64,000 nucleotides of DNA, taken from positions 185,194,001 through 185,258,000 of the forward strand of contig OX597814.1 of assembly GCA_951406725.2 (NCBI GenBank), given 5' to 3'. The notes under the pieces are model-generated. The model did not search any database. It was given only the letters and a program-made list of their open reading frames with translations, and was not told the origin of the DNA. The first letter of the stretch is position 1, and the number at the start of each line of letters is the position of its first letter. A program made the position numbers and the translations under genes. This document shows positions 1 through 12,710 of the stretch, piece after piece. The DNA is from Octopus vulgaris (Eukaryota).

Positions 1-603
1 AAAGAATGGTGAAGGGAACCTGAGCATGATTTGAACTAAGAGTACAAGCAGTTAAACGAGAACTATAATGCATTTTGTTTGACGCTCTGCCAATTCGCTG
101 CCCTTGTGTACCTAAATAACCTTTCTAATTTTGGCAGAGGGCCAGGAATTTTGACAAGAGATAGGCAAGTGAGTTACATCGATCTCACTTTTAGACTGGT
201 GCTTTATTTTATAGACCCCGAAAGGAAGAAAGGCAAAATCGACCTCGGTGGAATATGTACGTAGCACGTAAGGAACCGGAAGAAATGTTGATAAGCATTT
301 CATCCGGTGTACCTAAATATTGTGGTGTCCCATTATGGTGAGCTCAGGAAAATATTCTCCTCTGGAAACTTGCGAATTGGTGCGTTTTTTTTTTTTTTTT
401 TTTTTTGTAGCGTAAAGGTAATGGGGAAAAGGTTAGATTTTTTGGTCCCTGTGGCATGTTATTATCAATTCTGCCGGGGTCGACTTTGCTTTTCATCCTT
501 TTGGGGTCGATAAATTAAGAACCTGTGAAACACTAGGTTCAAACTAATTCCCTCCCCTAAAATGGCTGCTCTTTTGACAAATTTGTATTATTATTATTAC
601 TAC

Positions 604-659
<56 letters not shown>

Positions 660-660
<1 letters not shown>

Positions 661-880
661 AGCAAAGATTAATCCGGAAATGTCGGTGGGCCTGCAGCTC
701 GGCACCCGGAGAGGCAGATCCATACCGACCGACAACGTTGTAAGACGTTGGACGGTCGGGCCCGGAAAATTGCTCGGTATCTGGTTCAGTTCGGACCTCT
801 AACTGGAGAAGAGCTGGAGCAAGGTGACGAGGAGGGTAACCAGTCTCACCCAGAAATGGGCTGAGAGAAAGCTATCTGGA
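660..880 (+). mobile_element. Tx1/L1-like LINE RT fragment
   Basis: KLLGIWF...W.KV...WAERKLS; homologous to 44895-45060. Confidence 0.7.
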
Positions 881-884
881 GTAT

Positions 885-1385
885 TCGAGCGATTCCAAGT
901 AGTGCTGTTTTCTGCAACTGCTCAATCCTTATTGCAGCCCCTATTTGTTCCACGTACTTCACAAGATTTTTACTCACTGTTCCCAGGGCTTCGACAATTA
1001 TTGGTATTACTACCACCTTTTTCATCGACCACAACCTAACCTGTCATATCTCTCGACTTTTCTTTCTTCCTTATCGCATACTTTGTTGTCAGCTGGGCAT
1101 GCTATATCTATGATGCAGTATCGTTTGCTTTCTTTTTCAATTAATACTATGTCTGGCTTCCTATTCTCTATCTCATGGTCGCACTGAATCATAGAATACC
1201 ATAGGATCTTTGCATTATCATTTTCGATGATGCCTTTGGGTTTATGTTCGTACCACTGTTTTGCTCTGTCAAGTCCATACTTGTTGTAAGGTGTCCAATG
1301 GACAATCCTTGCTATATTGTCATGACGTCTCTTATATTCTTTGTGGGCTAGTGGCGTACTTTGGCTGGTAATATGCCATACGGGG
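885..1385 (-). mobile_element. Non-LTR retrotransposon fragment, restriction-like endonuclease (R4/Dong-like)
   Basis: Minus strand encodes CDHEIENRKPDIV...IDIACP...KKVVVIPIIVEALG...LQKTALLG.ARIL. Confidence 0.8.
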
Positions 1386-2139
1386 TCACCTCGCCTTCTG
1401 ATTTGGTATCACGCCGGGATTGAAACAGCCTTTCATCTTTCCTAGATTAGATAAAAGACGTACTAGGCAAATGCCGAGACTGATCTAATAGACTGTTTTC
1501 TACCCTGTAATTTGCGTAGAGGGGTTAAATTAGCAGAATCTTTACACTATCAGAAAAAAGAAAATACTTTGTGTTATTCAGTCACAGCTCTTTATAATCT
1601 TTATACATATCCTACCCATTTCAACTTTGCTTTTCATCCTTACGCATTCTAAAAAATAGACTGTCAGTTAAATACTGAAGTCGATGGTATCGATTAACTT
1701 CTTCTGCCTTTTACCTATATTGGTTTCAAATTTTGGCACGATGCCAGAAATGTCGGTGGAGTGACGCAGTCGATTACATCAACTCCGGTGTTCAACTGAT
1801 ACTTATTTCATCGATTCCGAAAGGATGGAAGGCAAAGTCCATCACGGTAGCATTTGAACTTCGAACGTAAAGACGGACGAAACGTTGCTAATCATTTTGC
1901 CCGGCGTGCTAATGATTCTGTCACATCGTATTTTGTTTTTACCTATATTAAAAACAATTATTGATTCCAAAGTTTGGCAGAAGACCAGTAATTTAGTGAA
2001 TGGAGAATAAGTTGATTAAATCCAAATCCAAAGTCAACTTCGGTGAAATTTGTACTTAGAACGTAAAGACAGACGGAATACTGTAAAGGATTTTGCCCAG
2101 CATGTTAACGATTTTGCCAGCTCGTCCCCTTAATAATAA

Positions 2140-2545
2140 TACTTCTTTCTACTATAGGCACAAGGCCTGAAATCTGGGGTGAGGGGCAAGTAGATTACAC
2201 CGACCTCAGTGCGTAACTGTTGCTTATTTTATCTACCCCAGAAGGATGAAAGGCAAAGTCGATGTCGGTGGAATTTGAACTCAGAACGTAAAGACGGACG
2301 AAATGCCGCTAAATATTTTGCCTGGCGGACTAACGATTCTTATTACTTTATTGCCCACAAGGGGCTAAACATAGAGGGGACAAACAAGGACAGACAGAGG
2401 GATTAAGTCGATTACATCGATTCCAGTACGTAACCGGTACTTAATTTATCGACCCTGAAAGGATGAAAGGCAAAGTCGACCTCGGCGACGAAATACGGCT
2501 ATGCATTTCGCCCGGCGTGCTAACGTTTCTGCCAGCTCACCGCCT
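2140..2545 (-). mobile_element. SINE family B (Deu/Nin-like central domain), two joined copies
   Basis: GCCTTTCATCCTTTCGGGGTCGATAAATTAAGTACC core on the minus strand. Confidence 0.85.
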
Positions 2546-2677
2546 TGCCTTTTGCCTAAATTAGAAACAATTATGAGAAAGAGGAAGATGGTGCCGAGCT
2601 GCTAGAATCGTTAAAGTATTCTCAGTTCAAATCCCACCGAGAAATTATTTTTTCTTTGCTATTTTTTGTTATACTTT

Positions 2678-3082
2678 GCAGGCGTAAGAGTGGCTGTGTG
2701 GTAAGTAGCTAGGTTCCGGGTTCAGTCCCGCTGCGTGGCACCTTGAGCAAGTCTACTATTAAGGCCTCGGGCCGACCAAAGCCTTGTGAGTGGATTTGGT
2801 AGACGGAAACTGAAAGAAGCCCGTCGTATATATGTATATATATATATTTGTATGTGTGTGTGTATATGCTTAAGTGTCTGTGTTTGTCCCCCCCCCCAAC
2901 ATCTCTTGACAACCGATGCTGGTGTGTTGACGTCCCCGTAACTTAGCGGTTCGACAAAAGAGACCGATAGAATAAGTACCAGGCTTACAAAGAATAAGTC
3001 CTGGGGTCGATTTGCTCGACTAAAGGCGGTGCTCCAGCATGGCCACAGTCAAATGACTGAAACAAGTAAAAGAGTAAAAGAG
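2678..3082 (+). mobile_element. SINE family A (tRNA-derived head, internal microsatellite, conserved 3' part)
   Basis: GTGGCTGTGTGGTAAG (A box), GGTTCAGTCCC (B box), CCTTGAGCAAGT, (TA/TG)n, ...GACTGAAACAAGTAAAAGA tail. Confidence 0.9.
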
Positions 3083-3794
3083 TATATATACTTCCGTTCT
3101 TGATAAAAAATAAATCACAGTCAAGTACTGGTGTTGACTTAATACACTAGCTGTCTCCCACTAAAACTGCTGGTCACGTGTCTAAGAGAAAAACATTATT
3201 GTAATTCGTTCTTCATCTTTCTGAAATTCTATTGCCTAGCAGAAGCATGGATTTAAATAGTTTTAAAATATTAGAGAACTATACTGAAGAATTATGTAAT
3301 TGAAATTTTGAGCAAGATTTTACAAAGCCATCGGTACACTATTTCTAAACAGACTACTTATAATAATCAAGTAATCCGTCCACAGCATTATATTTCAGCT
3401 TAAGTCCCCCTTGTCATTATTCATATGAATTATAATGTACCTAGAGACTCAGTCAAAACTTCACTTCTACGCTTAGATAACAAAGAATCCATTTGTTACT
3501 GTGAAATCTCATCAATAGCTGTGACGCAAATGAGATTTCAATGTGATTTTGCCTTTTGATCTGAGGGTTCGAATGACCACAACGACACATGACACAGTGG
3601 TTGACCGCCTTTTAAGGGGGTTTTGGCCTTCCAAAAGCGCACAATCGCAAAGGAGATGTACAAATGAATTATCTGCATCCTAAATGTTGAGGCAAGTTTT
3701 CAAATGAGTCTATAGCTGTGTTATAATTCACAGGAACTCTGACAGAGGTGTTTAACGCTGACATTAATTTTATATATTTATGATAAATAGTCCA

Positions 3795-4220
3795 AGCGCA
3801 GGGGTGGCAATATGGTAATAAGCTTGCTTCCCAAACCAAAGAGTTTTGAATTGAATCCCACTGCGTGGAACCTTGAGCAAGTGTCTCCTGCTAGAGCCTC
3901 CGGCTGATCAAAGCTTTGTGGGTGGATTTAGTAGATGGAAACAGAAAGAAGCCCGTTGTATATGTGCTTGTGTGTGTGTGTGTGTGTGCGTGTGTGTGTG
4001 CGTGTGTATCTTTGTGTCTCTGTTTGATCCTTACCCATCGCTTGACAACTGGTGTTGGTGTGTTTACGTCCCCGTGGGGTAGCGGTTCGGCAAAAGAGAC
4101 CGACAGAGTAAGTAACAGGCTTTAAAGGAAATAAGTAGTGGGGTCGATTCATTCAACCAATAATTCTTCAAGCCATGGCCGCAATCTAATGACTGTAACA
4201 AGAGACAAAAGATAAAAGAA
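3795..4220 (+). mobile_element. SINE family A, diverged
   Basis: Same bipartite structure. Confidence 0.85.
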
Positions 4221-5797
4221 TCCATTTTAATTTTTTATTGAAGACACTGGATATTGCACATGTTTGTGTACCGCATTGGGTAATTTTCAACCAACGTGAT
4301 CAATGTATCCTAGGACTTCACTATGCACCTTCGAACCGAAGGCAAACTCTTCCAGATAAGCAGATCCTGGGCCCAAGTCAAGACAACTTCGACCTCATCG
4401 GCAGCACAAGGGAAACTGAAGTTCGCTGATGGACAGGTGACGGTCTCGTTTAGAGAATGCGTGGGCTAAGACAACGTGCCCTCCATTGGTCAGTTAAAGT
4501 TGAGACAGTGTCACGTGACAACTTGCTGGGGTTGCCTGCTGGAGCCTTAGGGCAGGTATTTAAAGGAAAATTTGACAAGACATTTAGTCACCTGCTGACA
4601 CTCGTTGACGCTACATCGAAGAGGCCTGGGAACAGAAGAAAGGAGAAAGAAGACATGCACTCAACACCAGAGCTGAAGACACCTCCGAAAGTGGGGGGGG
4701 GGAGCACGTCAAAACGGTAGAGGAGTAGGGGCCGAAACCGGACGTGGTTCCTCCTGATGATGTCTTGAGCTAACTGGATCCTATAAAGGAGCTGTTGTGG
4801 TAGCAGACCACAAAACATGGTTGAAATTCCTCCTATCAAGGAATGCGTGGCGCCTGCAAAGGTCAGACTCGATATGCTCGCATACCTTTGGAAGGACTCT
4901 CAAAAATTGTTTGCATCGACGATGGGGTCAGCAGTAGAAATATTAAGGCTTGTTTTACCTTCGGTAAATATTGCAAGATAATATGGGAAAAGTCTCATCA
5001 TCATCATCATTATCATTATTATTATTATTTAGGCAGCGAGCAGGTAGAGTCGTTAGCACTCCCAATAAAATGCTTAGCGACGTTTTGTTCGTCTCTACGT
5101 TCTGAGTTCAAATTCCACTGAGGTCACCTTCGCCTTTCATACCTTCAAGTTCGATGAAGTAAGTTCAAGTCAAACGCTGAGGTCGATCTAGCCGACCAAT
5201 ACTGTTCTCCATAATTTCAGATCTTGTGCCTATACAAGAAAGAATACTTACAGAGGCGGCAAGCTGACATAATTCTTAGAACATCGAACAAAATGCTTGG
5301 CGGATTTTCGTCCCTCTTTACGTTCTGAGTTCAAACCCCACCGAAGTTAACTTTGCCTGTCACCCTTTCGGGGTCATTATACTACAGTGACACTGAAATA
5401 TTTGGATCGATAATATTTGGACTAACTCCAACCAACTCCCACCCACAATTGCCGGCTTAGTACCAAATTTAAAAAGAATTGTTATTTTTCATATCACTTT
5501 ACGTTACGCACAAACTACAAGCCAATAAATCTACCACAAAATTTATACCAGCATGTAAACCTTACCTTAACACCAGGTGACTGTCTGCACTAGTGTCTTC
5601 ATCCCTACTCACTCGCTCCCGCTCTTTCTCTTTCACTCTCTCTCTGTCTCCCTCTCTCCCTCTCTCAGTCTCTCGTCCTCATCCTCTCTTTCTCCCTCTT
5701 CCCATTTAGTAACATAGTAATAGATATATATCCACATATTGCTATGTATAAATACGCTTGTGTAAAGAGATTCACACACACAGACACACACACACAC

Positions 5798-5830
<33 letters not shown>

Positions 5831-5917
5831 TTATGTATGTATGTATGTATGTATGTATGTATGCATGCATGTATGTATGTATATATGTGTGTCTGTGTAT
5901 ATGTGTATATACATACA

Positions 5918-5951
<34 letters not shown>

Positions 5952-6036
5952 TCCGAGTATACATACATACGTACATGCCTGCATACATAAATGTACATGC
6001 ATGCATACATACATACACATATACATGCATACATTT

Positions 6037-6086
<50 letters not shown>

Positions 6087-6329
6087 AGGTGTCTCTATCA
6101 GGTTCCCTTTCAGTGTCGCTATATTTGTCTCCTTATATAAATACAAACACCTGGTGCGCAGCGACCGGTGAGACCCATCAACCCCCTGGCTATACTAACA
6201 GTTATCTCGTTGAATAATAGAGTAGTGCGTTGAACCCTATGAGTAACAATTCCTCTAGAAATGAGATATGAGTATCAGATTGTATTATGTTACTTAGCAC
6301 GCCGTTCCAATTTCATTAAATCTGTTAAG

Positions 6330-6985
6330 TATCAGGTCATCACATAAGTTCTGTCTGATTTTACCTTTTTTAAAATTGAATGAAATCTAATAGTATTTTA
6401 GAATGTCTAATAGAATTTAAAATTATTTTTAAGCATTTGTGTACATTTAAATTAATTAAATATTATTTTACAGAATAATAGACTTAAAATTCCTTTGATT
6501 AAAACCCTTTCTAACATGGAGGTATCCAAAGAGCATTTGAGGCACATAATGCTTTATGAGTACACAAAAAGGAAACTGCATTCAAAGTGACTCGAAACAT
6601 ACACTCAGTTTATGGGAAAAAATGCTTGAATGAAAGAACTTGCAGAAGATTGTTTGCAAAATTCAGAAGTGGAGATTTCAACCTTGAAGATGAAGATCGA
6701 ACAGGACGTCCAGTCGAGTTTCATGATAAGCTCCTTGAGGCATTGCTTGAAGAAAATCCTACATTATCAGTTGAAGAATTGGCAATAAAGCTTAGTTCAA
6801 ACCATACAACTGTTCATCGTCATCATGAACAACTTGGAAAGGTTCCTAAACTTGGAAAATGTATGCCTCATGAATTGTCCGAAAGCAACCGCAAATCTCG
6901 AGTTGACATCTGCTCTTCTCCCCATTCTTGCGAACTCATTTTGCCCTTTTGCTTAGACTTGTGACTGGTGACAAAAAATGGACTA
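6330..6985 (+). mobile_element. mariner 5' half (same family as 24003), truncated next to a SINE
   Basis: Same left terminus and 5' UTR. ORF 6587-6964 encodes the HTH region (ERTCRRLFAKFRSGDFNLEDEDRTGRP) and CMPHEL, ending near VTGD. Confidence 0.92.
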
Positions 6986-6989
6986 ATTT

Positions 6990-7265
6990 CTTGGTGGAAT
7001 TTGAACTCAGAAGGTAAAGATAGTCAAAATACCTATTTCTTTATTACCCACAAGAGGCTAAACATAGAGGGGTCAAACAAGGACAGACAAACGGATTAAG
7101 TCGATTATATCGACCCCAGTGCGTAACTGATACTTATTTAATCGACCTCGAAAGGATGAAAGGCAAAGTTGACATCGGCGGAATTTGAACACAGAACGTA
7201 ACGGCAGACGAAATACGGCTACGCATTTCGCCCGGAGTGCTAACGTTTCTGCCAGCTCGCCGCTA
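6990..7265 (-). mobile_element. SINE family B
   Basis: Full unit plus the start of a second unit. Confidence 0.88.
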
Positions 7266-7268
7266 AAG

Positions 7269-7306
<38 letters not shown>

Positions 7307-7980
7307 TGAGAGAGCTATCGTAGGCATTTGTAAGCACTGAATAAAGAGTAAAGTTAGACTTTTTTTAAAGATAAATAATAAATTTGAAAACTGGTGTGAG
7401 GCAAACTGAGTTTAAATTCCTGTAAAGTTTATATTGTTTTTGTGATATTATATAATTCATATTCTATTTATGGTGCATATTTACAATTGCAGCAAACCAT
7501 ATGGCGTCATGAAAAAAATTTTATGATCTTGTTTCAATACTGCATATATCAAATATACCTCTGCCGCTGCGACTTGCGTTGCTGCAAACAGTTCTCAGGA
7601 AGATTAATAGTGCGACTTAATAGTGTTGAGATTTGCTGCAGTTATTAATATAACAAAGAGAGTACGGCGATAGTTGACTGAAAAGATTGAAAGGTCTCAC
7701 TCCGCTATGTCGTCTTTAGAGTCAGCTGTTAAAGGAAAAGGAAAGAATAAAAAAAAAGGATTGGGGCGTTGGCAGAATCATTAGAGCGTTGGACAAAATG
7801 CTTTGCAGTTTTTCATTTTTCTCTTTGCCCGTTACATTTATGACTAAATGCCACCTCGGCGAACCTAAGTTTTTTTTTTTTTTTAAACAATCATCTTAGC
7901 ACCTATTTTTAGCGACAGTAAGATCTTCGCGTCTCTTGCTCGGTCCTAGGGTTGGTATAATCGACTTTCTCTAACAATAG

Positions 7981-8360
7981 ATGCAGGAGTGGCTGTGTGG
8001 TAAGTAGCTTGCTTATGGTTCTGGGTTCAGTCCCACTGCGTAGTTCTTTGAGGAAGTGTCTTCTACTATAGCCTCTGGCCGATCAGAGCCTTATGAGTGG
8101 ATTTGGTAGACGGAAACTGAAAGAAGCCCGTCGTATACATGTACATATATATGTATGTATGTGTATGTTTGTGTGTCTGTGTTTGACCCCCCCCCCCTAC
8201 ATCACTTGACAACTGATGCTGGTGTGTTTACGTCCCCGTAACTTAGCGGTTCGGCAAAAGAGTACGATAGAATAAGTACTAGACTTACAAAGAATGAGTC
8301 CTGGTGTTGATTTGCTCCAGCATGGCCGCAGTAAAATGACTGAAACAAGTAAAAGAGTAA
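7981..8360 (+). mobile_element. SINE family A
   Basis: Same bipartite structure. Confidence 0.9.
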
Positions 8361-8703
8361 TTTTGGAAAGGCTTGGGCCGTGAGATATGGTAGTTCTTCC
8401 TGGTGGCTTTGCACGTGAACAATAACGGTGACGCCTTTAAACTAATTACCGTGTATGCTCCGACTGGGACGAGGCGGCTAGATTCTTTCACGCATCCAGA
8501 GTGCCACCAGATGCTTACAGCCCTCAGCTAGTTGGGCTGTACAGTTGCTGGATTTCCTTCCATAGCGTTTTATAGAGAATTAGTGGTGAATAAGAGCGAC
8601 TTTTAGTATATTTTTTTAATATTTACGAGGGGAGCTGAAGAGACGTACACATATATGATATGTACTTACTTTTGATAACTTGGCTTCGAGTTTTAGCATT
8701 GCT

Positions 8704-8824
8704 TGCACTGGATTGACAGCCGGCAATGATTCCTGAACCATTAGCAGAAAGAGCTTACTGAAATATGTAATACTTAAGTACTTGAATCGGTTTAATTGAT
8801 TATTCTTTCATCAGAATCAGTACA
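8704..8824 (-). ncRNA. Degenerate type I hammerhead-like motif with extended stem II
   Basis: Minus: UGUACUGAUU-CUGAUGA-(long stem II)-GAAu-CAuuGCCGGCUG-UC-AAUCcAGUGCA. About 10-bp stem I with one bulge, GUC triplet, GAAA changed to GAAU. Confidence 0.45.
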
Positions 8825-10090
8825 TTTGTGGTAATATTTAGATATTATTGCATTTTATTGTGCTATCTAATCTACCTCTACTCTGCTGGCTATTGTAACA
8901 AGGTGTATGACACTAGGAAAGGTGAAACCAAGAGAATTCGGGAGTCGGTGATTTAAATAATAACAAAAAACAAAAATTTAGTTCAGATGGAGTTGAAATC
9001 TCACTATCATTTTTGATAATCGAAAATATAAAAGATTTAAGATTTATCAAAAAAAAAAAAGGAAAAGAAAAAGAATATAATAAATATAATAAATTCACGT
9101 TTTACAAAATCGATCTATTCTGAAAGAAATTATATAAAAAAAAATATGCATGAACTTTTAGAAGTTCAACATCAGATTTAACTGGTTTATTTGTTGTACG
9201 AATTTTAACAAAATAATCCTTGTCACTCAAGTCACTTGTGAGCAGTTATTATCTTGTCGAAAATTATCGAAATAAATATTAATGAGAACATAGATTTTTT
9301 GACCTACTAAGTAAAAGAAAAGAGCCATTCATTATTTCAGCACAAACATGAAAATGGTTGACTGGCTGACAAAATTCCTAGACAGACATAAATCTTCAAC
9401 GATTCATTTATTCATTTATTTCTATTATTATTTTATTTTTTTTGCTATTTCTTTTTCATTTTATAAATAAATATCACCTGACAACTTACTTGCCCCAAAC
9501 CTCAAATGAACATTTTCTGTAATAACAGAAAAGTATCACACTAAAACTATCGATTAATTTCTCTTTTGCTGTCTCTGTCTCTCACATTTTTTTTTTTATC
9601 TCATTCACTCAGCTAACTTCTTTATAAAGTAATTCTAATCAATGTAAGTTTCTTAACTTTTTTTCTATGATGTGATGGCTGTATATGTGTATACGAGTGG
9701 GGTTTTTTGTACTGCCTCAGGTTTTCCACTTAAGACAATTGGAAAAAGATATTTTCACTCATACACTATTCATTAATATAGCGCCATAACACTCTCTTCG
9801 ATGTTTTGAAATTGCCAGACTGTTAATCTATTCATTAACTGCAATAATCCACCTACATCAATGGCGATTCAAAAATAGAGGACTTTGTAGTTATTTTCGA
9901 AAGCAAAAACTTTGTTTTTAATCTCTTGATATCCTCCTAGAATCGCTGTTGTTCTTGTTATTCTATTAGTCAAGAGCAGTGAAACAACTCCACTAATTTC
10001 TATCAAACCTCTCGTAGATCGATGCAAGGATAACCGTTGAAGGAATTTCAGAGGTCTGCACTTTTCGGGAGAAATGATAGAAAAGAAATC

Positions 10091-10241
10091 TGTGGCTGTG
10101 TTGTAAGTAGCTTGCTTACCAACCACATGGTTCCGGGTTCAGTCCCACTGCGTAGCACCTTGAGCAAGTGTCTTCTACTATAGCCTCGGGCCGACCAAAG
10201 CCTTGTGAGTGGATTTGGTAGACGCAAATTGAAAAAGAAGC
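10091..10241 (+). mobile_element. SINE family A, 5' part only
   Basis: Head through GAAGCC, followed by an inverted copy of flanking DNA. Confidence 0.88.
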
Positions 10242-10747
10242 CTGAAATTCCTTCAACGGTTATCCTTGCATCGATCTACGAGAGGTTTGATAGAAATTAG
10301 TGGAGTTGTTTCACTGCTCTTGACTAATAGAAAAAGAAGCTACTTACCACACAGTTATTTATTTGTTTATTTATTTACTTAATTTTGTTAAAAGTATTCT
10401 TTTCAACTGTCTACAAACACAGCCAGGCTGAAATAATTAATGCACTCTTCCAGGGGTAAATAAAAAAATTTCAAACTTGAGAGGATGGGCCCCTTAGATA
10501 CTAACATGGGACCTCGTGTATGCATTCTAATGGCGCAGGCTATTAGAATCCATACATGTTTTTGCAAGCTAGCAACATGGCCAGTCCACCACACCTTGTA
10601 ACCAAGTGAGTGGGCAGAATCGTTAAGAGATTACGTTAAAATACTTCGTAGTGTTTGTTTCTGCGATCTAAATTCAAATCAGAGAGGTCAACTCTGCCTG
10701 TAATCCTTTCGGGGTTGAATAAAGTACCAGTTCAGTCGGAGGTAGAT

Positions 10748-10814
<67 letters not shown>

Positions 10815-11289
10815 TCGCTCTCTCTCTCTCTTTCTCTCTAGATTGTACCTTATTTTGAAAGTCCAGACATGTCCCACTTTTTTTATCCTGCAACCTCAGT
10901 GAAGTTGTGTGACTGCATGTCATTCCTGAACAAGCAAGTCACTTGTGGCTATCCCGTTATTCTTTTTACAGACAGCGATACAAGGCTATGTTTTAAATAT
11001 CTTTAACACGGTAGAGTGTGATTTGAAGTCATTTTACTGCTATTTTTAGCATGTTCCGTGACTTCACCAAAGCTCCTCGTTTTCATGTTTTAGAAGTAGT
11101 CGGTTTTGTCTGAGAAAGCAATGGCAGGTTATGGTGGCTGCACTGATTTTACAATAATTTAGTTTTATCCTTGATAATATCACGGTGAAATTTATTTAAG
11201 TTATTGCCTGCATTTCCGTGAAGTTTATCATTTGAATGGAGTTAGATTTCAGCAAATTTGTATTTTTCACCTTTATTTAATATATTTCT

Positions 11290-12185
11290 CTCTATGATAG
11301 GCACAAATCCTGAAATTTCAGTGAAGTAGATAAGTCGATTACATCGTGCTCAACTAGTACTTACTTTATCGACCCCGAAAGGATGAAAGGCGAAGTCAAC
11401 CTCGACGGAATTTGATTTCAGAACTTAAAAACGAACGAAATACCGCATTTTGCCGACGTGATAACGATTCTTATTTCTTTGCTACCCACAGAGAGGACAC
11501 AGGCAGACAAACGGATTAAGTCGATTATATCGACCCCAGTGCGTAACTGGTACTTAATTTATCGACCCCGAAAGGATGAAAGACAAAGTCGACCACGGCG
11601 GAATTTGAACTCAGAACGTAAATACGGACGAAATACCTGTTTCTTTACTACCTACAAGGGGCTAAACACAGAGAGGACAAACAAAGACAGACAAACGAAT
11701 TAAGTCGTTTATGACGACCTCAGTGTGTAACTGGTACTTAATTTATCGACCCCGAAAGGATGAAAGGCAAAGTCGACCTCGGCGGAATTTGAACTCAGAA
11801 TGTAACGGCGGACGAAATACCTCTTTCTTTACTACCCACAAGGGGCTAAACACTGAGGAGACAAACAAGGACAGACAAACGGATTAAGTCGATTAATTGA
11901 CACCAGTGCGTAACTGGTACTTATTTAATCGACCCCGAAAGGATGAAAGGCAAAGTCAACCACGGCGGAATTTGAACTTAGAACGTAGCGCAGACGAAAT
12001 ACCGCCAAGCCTTTCGCCCGGCGTGCTAACGTTTCTGCCAGCTCACCGCCCTCAAGTCGATTACATTAACCTCAGTACTTAACTGGATGAAATGCTAAAT
12101 TGACGTCGGCCGAGTTTAGAACGTAAGAGTAGGAGGAAATACCGCCAAGTATTTTATCCAAAATGTTTACGATTCTGCCATCTTG
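11290..12185 (-). mobile_element. SINE family B tandem array
   Basis: Three ~180-bp units plus flanking diverged copies. Confidence 0.9.
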
Positions 12186-12454
12186 AATATTAAATAATAA
12201 TGATAGAATATAGTAAATAATAAGCAGAAAACTAGTTGAGAACCAAACAATATTCTTTGCAATATTTTCAATTGAAATTTCAAATATATGTTGATTTTTA
12301 ACTTTTGTTCCTCCGTGGAGAGGGCAATAAAATAAGTAACAAGTAAGATACTAATAACAGGTTTATCGACTATACGACCTCTCTTATTAATGTATGACCT
12401 TTTGTGAAAATAAGAAAAGTTTTTGAATTATATATTTATAAAAGATTTTAAGTG

Positions 12455-12710
12455 CAGGCGCGTGACTTAGTGGTTAGGGTGTCAGCATCATGATCGTAAG
12501 ATTGTGGATTCGATTCCTGGACCAGGAGACGAGTTGTGTTCTTGAGCAAAATACTTCATTTTACGTTGCTCCAGTCCACTCAGCTGGCAAAAATGAGTAA
12601 CCCTGCGATGGACTGCCGTTCCATCCAGCTGGGGAACAGATACGCCATTGAAACCGGGAAACCGGGCCCATGAGCCTGGCTAGGCTTTAAAAGGACGCAT
12701 TTATTTTATT
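12455..12710 (+). mobile_element. tRNA-derived SINE, family C
   Basis: TGACTTAGTGGTTAG A box, GATTCGATTCC B box, TTCTTGAGCAA, CCTGCGATGGACT; related copy at about 40305-40620. Confidence 0.8.

Noticed and set aside
4240-4960. GC-richer stretch with short ORFs as a possible exon
   Set aside because: No recognisable protein motif or supportable splice structure; probably an old element fragment.
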